Below, piece after piece: positions 60,014 to 64,000 of a stretch of DNA of 64,000 nucleotides (positions within the stretch are counted from its first letter, which is position 1; every line of letters begins with the position of its first letter). The translations under genes were made by a program, and so were the position numbers. Source of the stretch: Takakia lepidozioides (taxonomy: Eukaryota > Plantae > Bryophyta); the NCBI GenBank assembly GCA_030704615.1, contig CM060731.1:52328001-52392000 (forward strand), in the 5' to 3' direction. A model generated the notes under the pieces. It made no database searches. It was not told where the DNA came from and saw nothing but the letters and a program-made list of their open reading frames with translations.

Positions 60014-62310
60014 GTGCTGCCTGATCTCCCACGCCGCTCTTGTGTGCCTGGACAGCGATCACGGCAGTGACTGACAGATCTCTGCAGGTTTCTTACATTC
60101 TTGCTGAGCTGTGCTGTGGAAGAGGCTCTCATTGAAGGCCGTGCGCTTTGGGTAAAGAGGGAATTTGAGAGGAGGATAATTTGTAGTTTGTACATGGCAG
60201 AACGGGCCAGTTGCTCGTGAAAAACAAATATCTCTCAAGCGATTCGCAGCCGTGATATAAACCTAACCGAACACCACTGCCCTCATTTTCATCAGGGAAG
60301 ATTGTTTGCAGGGGGGGCAAGAGTGAAAATCTGGCAAACCGGGCAGCCGCAAACTTGTATGTTTGCATTGTCAGAAACTTGGTTTCGTTGTCCACTTCAG
60401 GAACTTGAAAGATTGACATATGGTTGCATCATGTGATGTTGAAGCTCTCACTCGGATTCGAGTCGATAACTCACGGCCAGCTACTCACGAGATAGGAATC
60501 TGGATTGTTTGCCAGGCCTGATGGACAGAACGGATGAGCCAGCCCAAGCTTTATTGCTCATTTTGTGTCTCCCTAGCGAGTGCCAAAGTGATGGAGGATA
60601 TATAACAGGGTCCTGTCGTCCCGTCTTGTCCAAAAGCGCAGCTGCAATAATAACCTGCACCCGGGTTTTGAGAAAGATGTGCCTAGAGGCTGGACTCATC
60701 TGACTATTTTGTGAGCGAACATGTACAGACATGAATAGACGACGACGGACTGGTGTCAGCCCATTGGCATGCACGCAACATTGGCACCAGTACTTGAGGC
60801 GATATTTGTTTCTTGAGCAGTGCACTTGTAACTTTTGCATTTGCCGTCATACTTCGCTTGTACTTTTGTCTCTGCCGCGAATGTGGGGTTTATTGTAAAG
60901 CCCACACTACGCCTTACATACCTGTGTTCTGACTCCGTTGTACAGAGCAGATCATTTAAGTCTTACGGGGTTGTCGCCAGCTTGTCATCTTCTCTAAATG
61001 CGCATCACCGAAGCTCATTTGCTGCTCAAATGCTGCTACCTACTGGTGTTCTTCTAATGCTGACTCATCACGCCATTCGCATGGTTTTGACTTTCGATTT
61101 ACGTAAGTTGTGCGACCATGTGTGACTATCCTGCATGTCTCCGAACCTAGTTTGTGATTACCTCCGAAACCATCACATACTCTCGGACACACACTAGCTA
61201 TTTCAATGATATCGAAATCCTGGATCTCCAACGAACAGGTGTATCAAGTATCAACATTGGGCGCCTACATTCCGGCCCCTGCATTCTGGAACTGAAAAAT
61301 CAATGGGTTTTATCAGCGCTAAACTAAAGGGCTACACATAGGCTCTTCAATGGACCGCACTTCCACAAAACACTACCTACGCATTTGTCTTCTTCATTCA
61401 AATTTAGCGCCAATAATAGATGGGAAGATCTTTGCGCCGTCCAGGATGGACGATGACATCACCACCCTGACCTCACACCAGGTCTACAGTCCAGTCCCTG
61501 CATGCACTGCACTTTTCCATCATCATATCTTCACCTTCTTGTTGTTGCATGTACAGCACTTTTTTGAGTGGGCCCAAAGCGGAAAAGGAGCTTGATGGTA
61601 GGTGCCAGACTCGAGAATCCTCTGTGCACTCCGGATATGAAGACATGCATGGATTGTGCGGGCTGCTTGCCACAGATCTCTCTCTCTACTTGTCATGCCT
61701 GACGCCTACTTACCTCCGCACTTCCCTCTCTCTCCTCCCAGTGGCCATGTCCCGTCCTCTCGTTCATCGCCGTCCGGACCCTCCTAAATAGTACTGTGCT
61801 CTATTTCCTATATTAGGAGCTTCCACGACCAATCCTTCATGCATCGCTTTTCGTGGATGAAGCAAACTATTTCTCACACCGGCCAGGGCTGAACCCAGGA
61901 CCGCCGAGCTAGGTCCGTGAAGCTCCTGAACCCTAAAATGAGGATGGAAAGTAACCAGAAGATGCAGGATTAGGAGCAACAAAGGCCATAAAATGTTGTT
62001 TTTAAAAGTCCCTCCAATTCCCTAACTTATGTGAACCATCATGTAAGGCTTCCTGTCAAGAAGAAAAGATGATGACCTGCAGCAACAGATTGGAGTGTGA
62101 CAATGAATGGTACAATAGAGGAGGATAAGAGGCGCTCATTCTACTCGGTTAGAGCCCATGGATCACACCTATACAAGGAATGGTAGTTTGTTGGGCACTA
62201 AACTGAGTGGGGTGCACTCAAAAATAGACACCACCCCAGCTCATTGTACGTTTGTAGTCACTTGAGTGCCATATTTGGACAATCGTCATCCTAGGAGAGA
62301 TATGACTCAG

Positions 62311-62370
62311 ACCAACCAACCTAACTAAGAGCCACTTCACTTTGCGGCTACACCCTGGGGGGGTGCGCTC
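62311..62370 (-). mobile_element. Structured-RNA module, degenerate copy D with a (GGTT)n tail
   Basis: The minus strand reads gagcgcacccccccagggtgtagccgcaaagtgaagtggctcttagttaggttggttgg and matches the core of copies B and C. Confidence 0.6.
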
Positions 62371-62791
62371 AAGGTAAACTAAATATCATCCAGTTGATCA
62401 ACCTAGGTGTACATGATCTCTATCTTCATATTTCAACAATTTTGTGGAAAAAAGAAGAAGGTGTCATATACATTGACAGACAATACAATGAACATTGCTC
62501 AAATCGTAAACCAAAAAATAAAGAAATTACTCTCCATATACATTTCTTGAGCATTCAAACTAAATTATACGCTAATAAAATAGTGCGAAGGGGCCGGGGC
62601 CATTGGGCTCTGCATTTACTGGTGAGAGAGTACTTAGCCGTTTCTAAGTCCCTCTCAAGGTGGCTTGCATGTGTCTGTGTTTTTATGATGGGACAATCTT
62701 CTCCCTGGTGTTTTTCGGCGCCTTAGTGACTTCAGCTTTGCTGTATCATTTCCATTCTCATAGTTGCCCCTGCACAAGCTCTTGTTCTGAC

Positions 62792-63414
62792 CAGTGTTGG
62801 ACCGGTAAATAGGTCTAGGGCGGGTATCAACTAGGGTAAGGGTAATGGTATGAAGGATCACACCAGGCGGGTACGTGCAAGGGCAAGACCCGACAATACC
62901 CTGGTGGGGCAGGATACATGGACTTCTAAAATCCTAGCGCAAACCAGACCAGTCTGGTCTTCTTCCTCGCGCTAACACTACATGCATGCGGCGGCTGAGA
63001 GAGAGGATGCAGGGGTAGGGTTTAGGGTAGTTTTCATTATGGATACTAATTTGTTAGGGATGCTAAATGTGTTTGAAGAGGAGTAGATGAAATGCAATGT
63101 GTTCTTTGAAGCACTAATTTCACTTTTTGGACTATCATAGCTACTAGTTAGAACAAACTGACAGAATGTAATTTTGATGTACCTGAAGCGCTGATACCAA
63201 ACCTTGGCACATACGAGGCTGGTATGACTTTTAAAATTTTGTTTTATACCATACCAGTCAGATTTTCAGTTTGATACCATACCATATACCTTACCAGGCT
63301 GTCAAATTTACACATCATTTGATACCAGTACCATATTGGCTTGAAATTCAACTGATCTACCCCAATACCATTACCCTAGTGGTATCAAAAAACCATGATA
63401 CCAGTCCAACACTG
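62792..63414. mobile_element. Non-autonomous hAT element
   Basis: TIR CAGTGTTGGAC(C/T)GGTA at both ends, ATACC/GGTAT subterminal repeats and a perfect 8-bp TSD GTTCTGAC (62784-62791 and 63415-63422). Confidence 0.92.
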
Positions 63415-63695
63415 GTTCTGACGAGTCGGCTCTGTAGTAATGTATATTGTTGCAAGGTAAGTTGGACCAAAATTAGCGTCACCAACAAAGTTTTCGGTGA
63501 CTGTCGTGCATAATATCATGAATTGCTTTGAATATAATCAATAATGTTGAGAAACATTTTCCATGTTGATTCCTAACTTCAATATTTACCTATATCAATC
63601 ATCAAATTGTCAATAAAATAAAATATCCAAGAGGTATGGACTTTTGAATACGACAACTGTGGACTGTCACCGCTGCAAATGAAAATACATGGACT

Positions 63696-63786
63696 TAATA
63701 GGGCCCACCCCCGAAAGGGGCAGTAGCCGCAAGGCGAAGTGGCTCTTAGTTACGCCGACTACAAGCCGGAGTCATCTCTCCCTCCC
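63696..63786 (+). mobile_element. Short retroposed structured-RNA module, copy C
   Basis: taatagggcccacccccgaaaggggcagtagccgcaaggcgaagtggctcttagttacgccg...ccggagtcatctctccctccc, flanked by a perfect 10-bp TSD TACATGGACT. Confidence 0.8.
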
Positions 63787-64000
63787 TACATGGACTCAAA
63801 ATAAGCCCTTGTGCATTTGGTGTATTGTTTTGCTCTTTTGAGGTAAGAGGATCAATTTAGAGAACACTCTAGATTTCAATTTAAAATGACAATATCAGCT
63901 GTCATTTACTACTTATGGACTAATATGAGTGTTATATATAGGTGGATTTGTTCTAGTTTAGTACATCTTGTATTTTGGGCTTTTGAGGTGTTATATTTTA

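Noticed and set aside
60100-61700. Protein-coding gene in the short ORFs here
   Set aside because: No recognisable motifs or consistent exon chain. It may be a decayed gene but cannot be supported by eye.
63696-63786. HDV-like or hammerhead ribozyme identity for the structured module
   Set aside because: There is no CUGAnGA/GAAA hammerhead core. GGCGAA resembles HDV J4/2, but no P1/P1.1 pairing can be drawn and the other copies have U at the would-be catalytic C.

Overview
Plant nuclear DNA, most likely a bryophyte (moss-like PLS-PPR style, Gypsy families and MITEs; inference only), dominated by nested transposons and gene debris. Two genes look intact: a secreted bulb-type (GNA-like) mannose-binding lectin (409-888, -) and a two-exon LUX/PCL1-type GARP clock transcription factor (47421-48948, -). 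Pseudogenes and fragments include two divergently oriented PLS-PPR-E-DYW loci, each preceded by spliced OSB-type 'PDF' motif exons, a possible NB-LRR remnant, and intron-containing pieces of SnRK1alpha, MSH3 and a PDR/ABCG transporter. Mobile DNA includes a head-to-head pair of chromovirus-type Gypsy elements, a second Gypsy family, a Copia 3' half, an L1-type LINE fragment, CACTA ends, two hAT-type non-autonomous elements with 8-bp TSDs and tRNA-derived SINEs. The two most novel-looking signals are (1) a ~90-100 nt retroposed structured RNA module (AGUA/GAA loop-E motif, GNRA and UUCG tetraloops, covarying outer stem) seen four times, twice as TSD-flanked insertions with the same 5' end and once as the 3' half of a SINE, and (2) the PDF-motif + PPR + DYW architecture. 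The Gypsy element also shows an 11-nt self-priming PBS, a -1 frameshift signal, HSE-like arrays and an extra ORF coupled to pol. All calls were made by eye, without database searches, so many boundaries are approximate.
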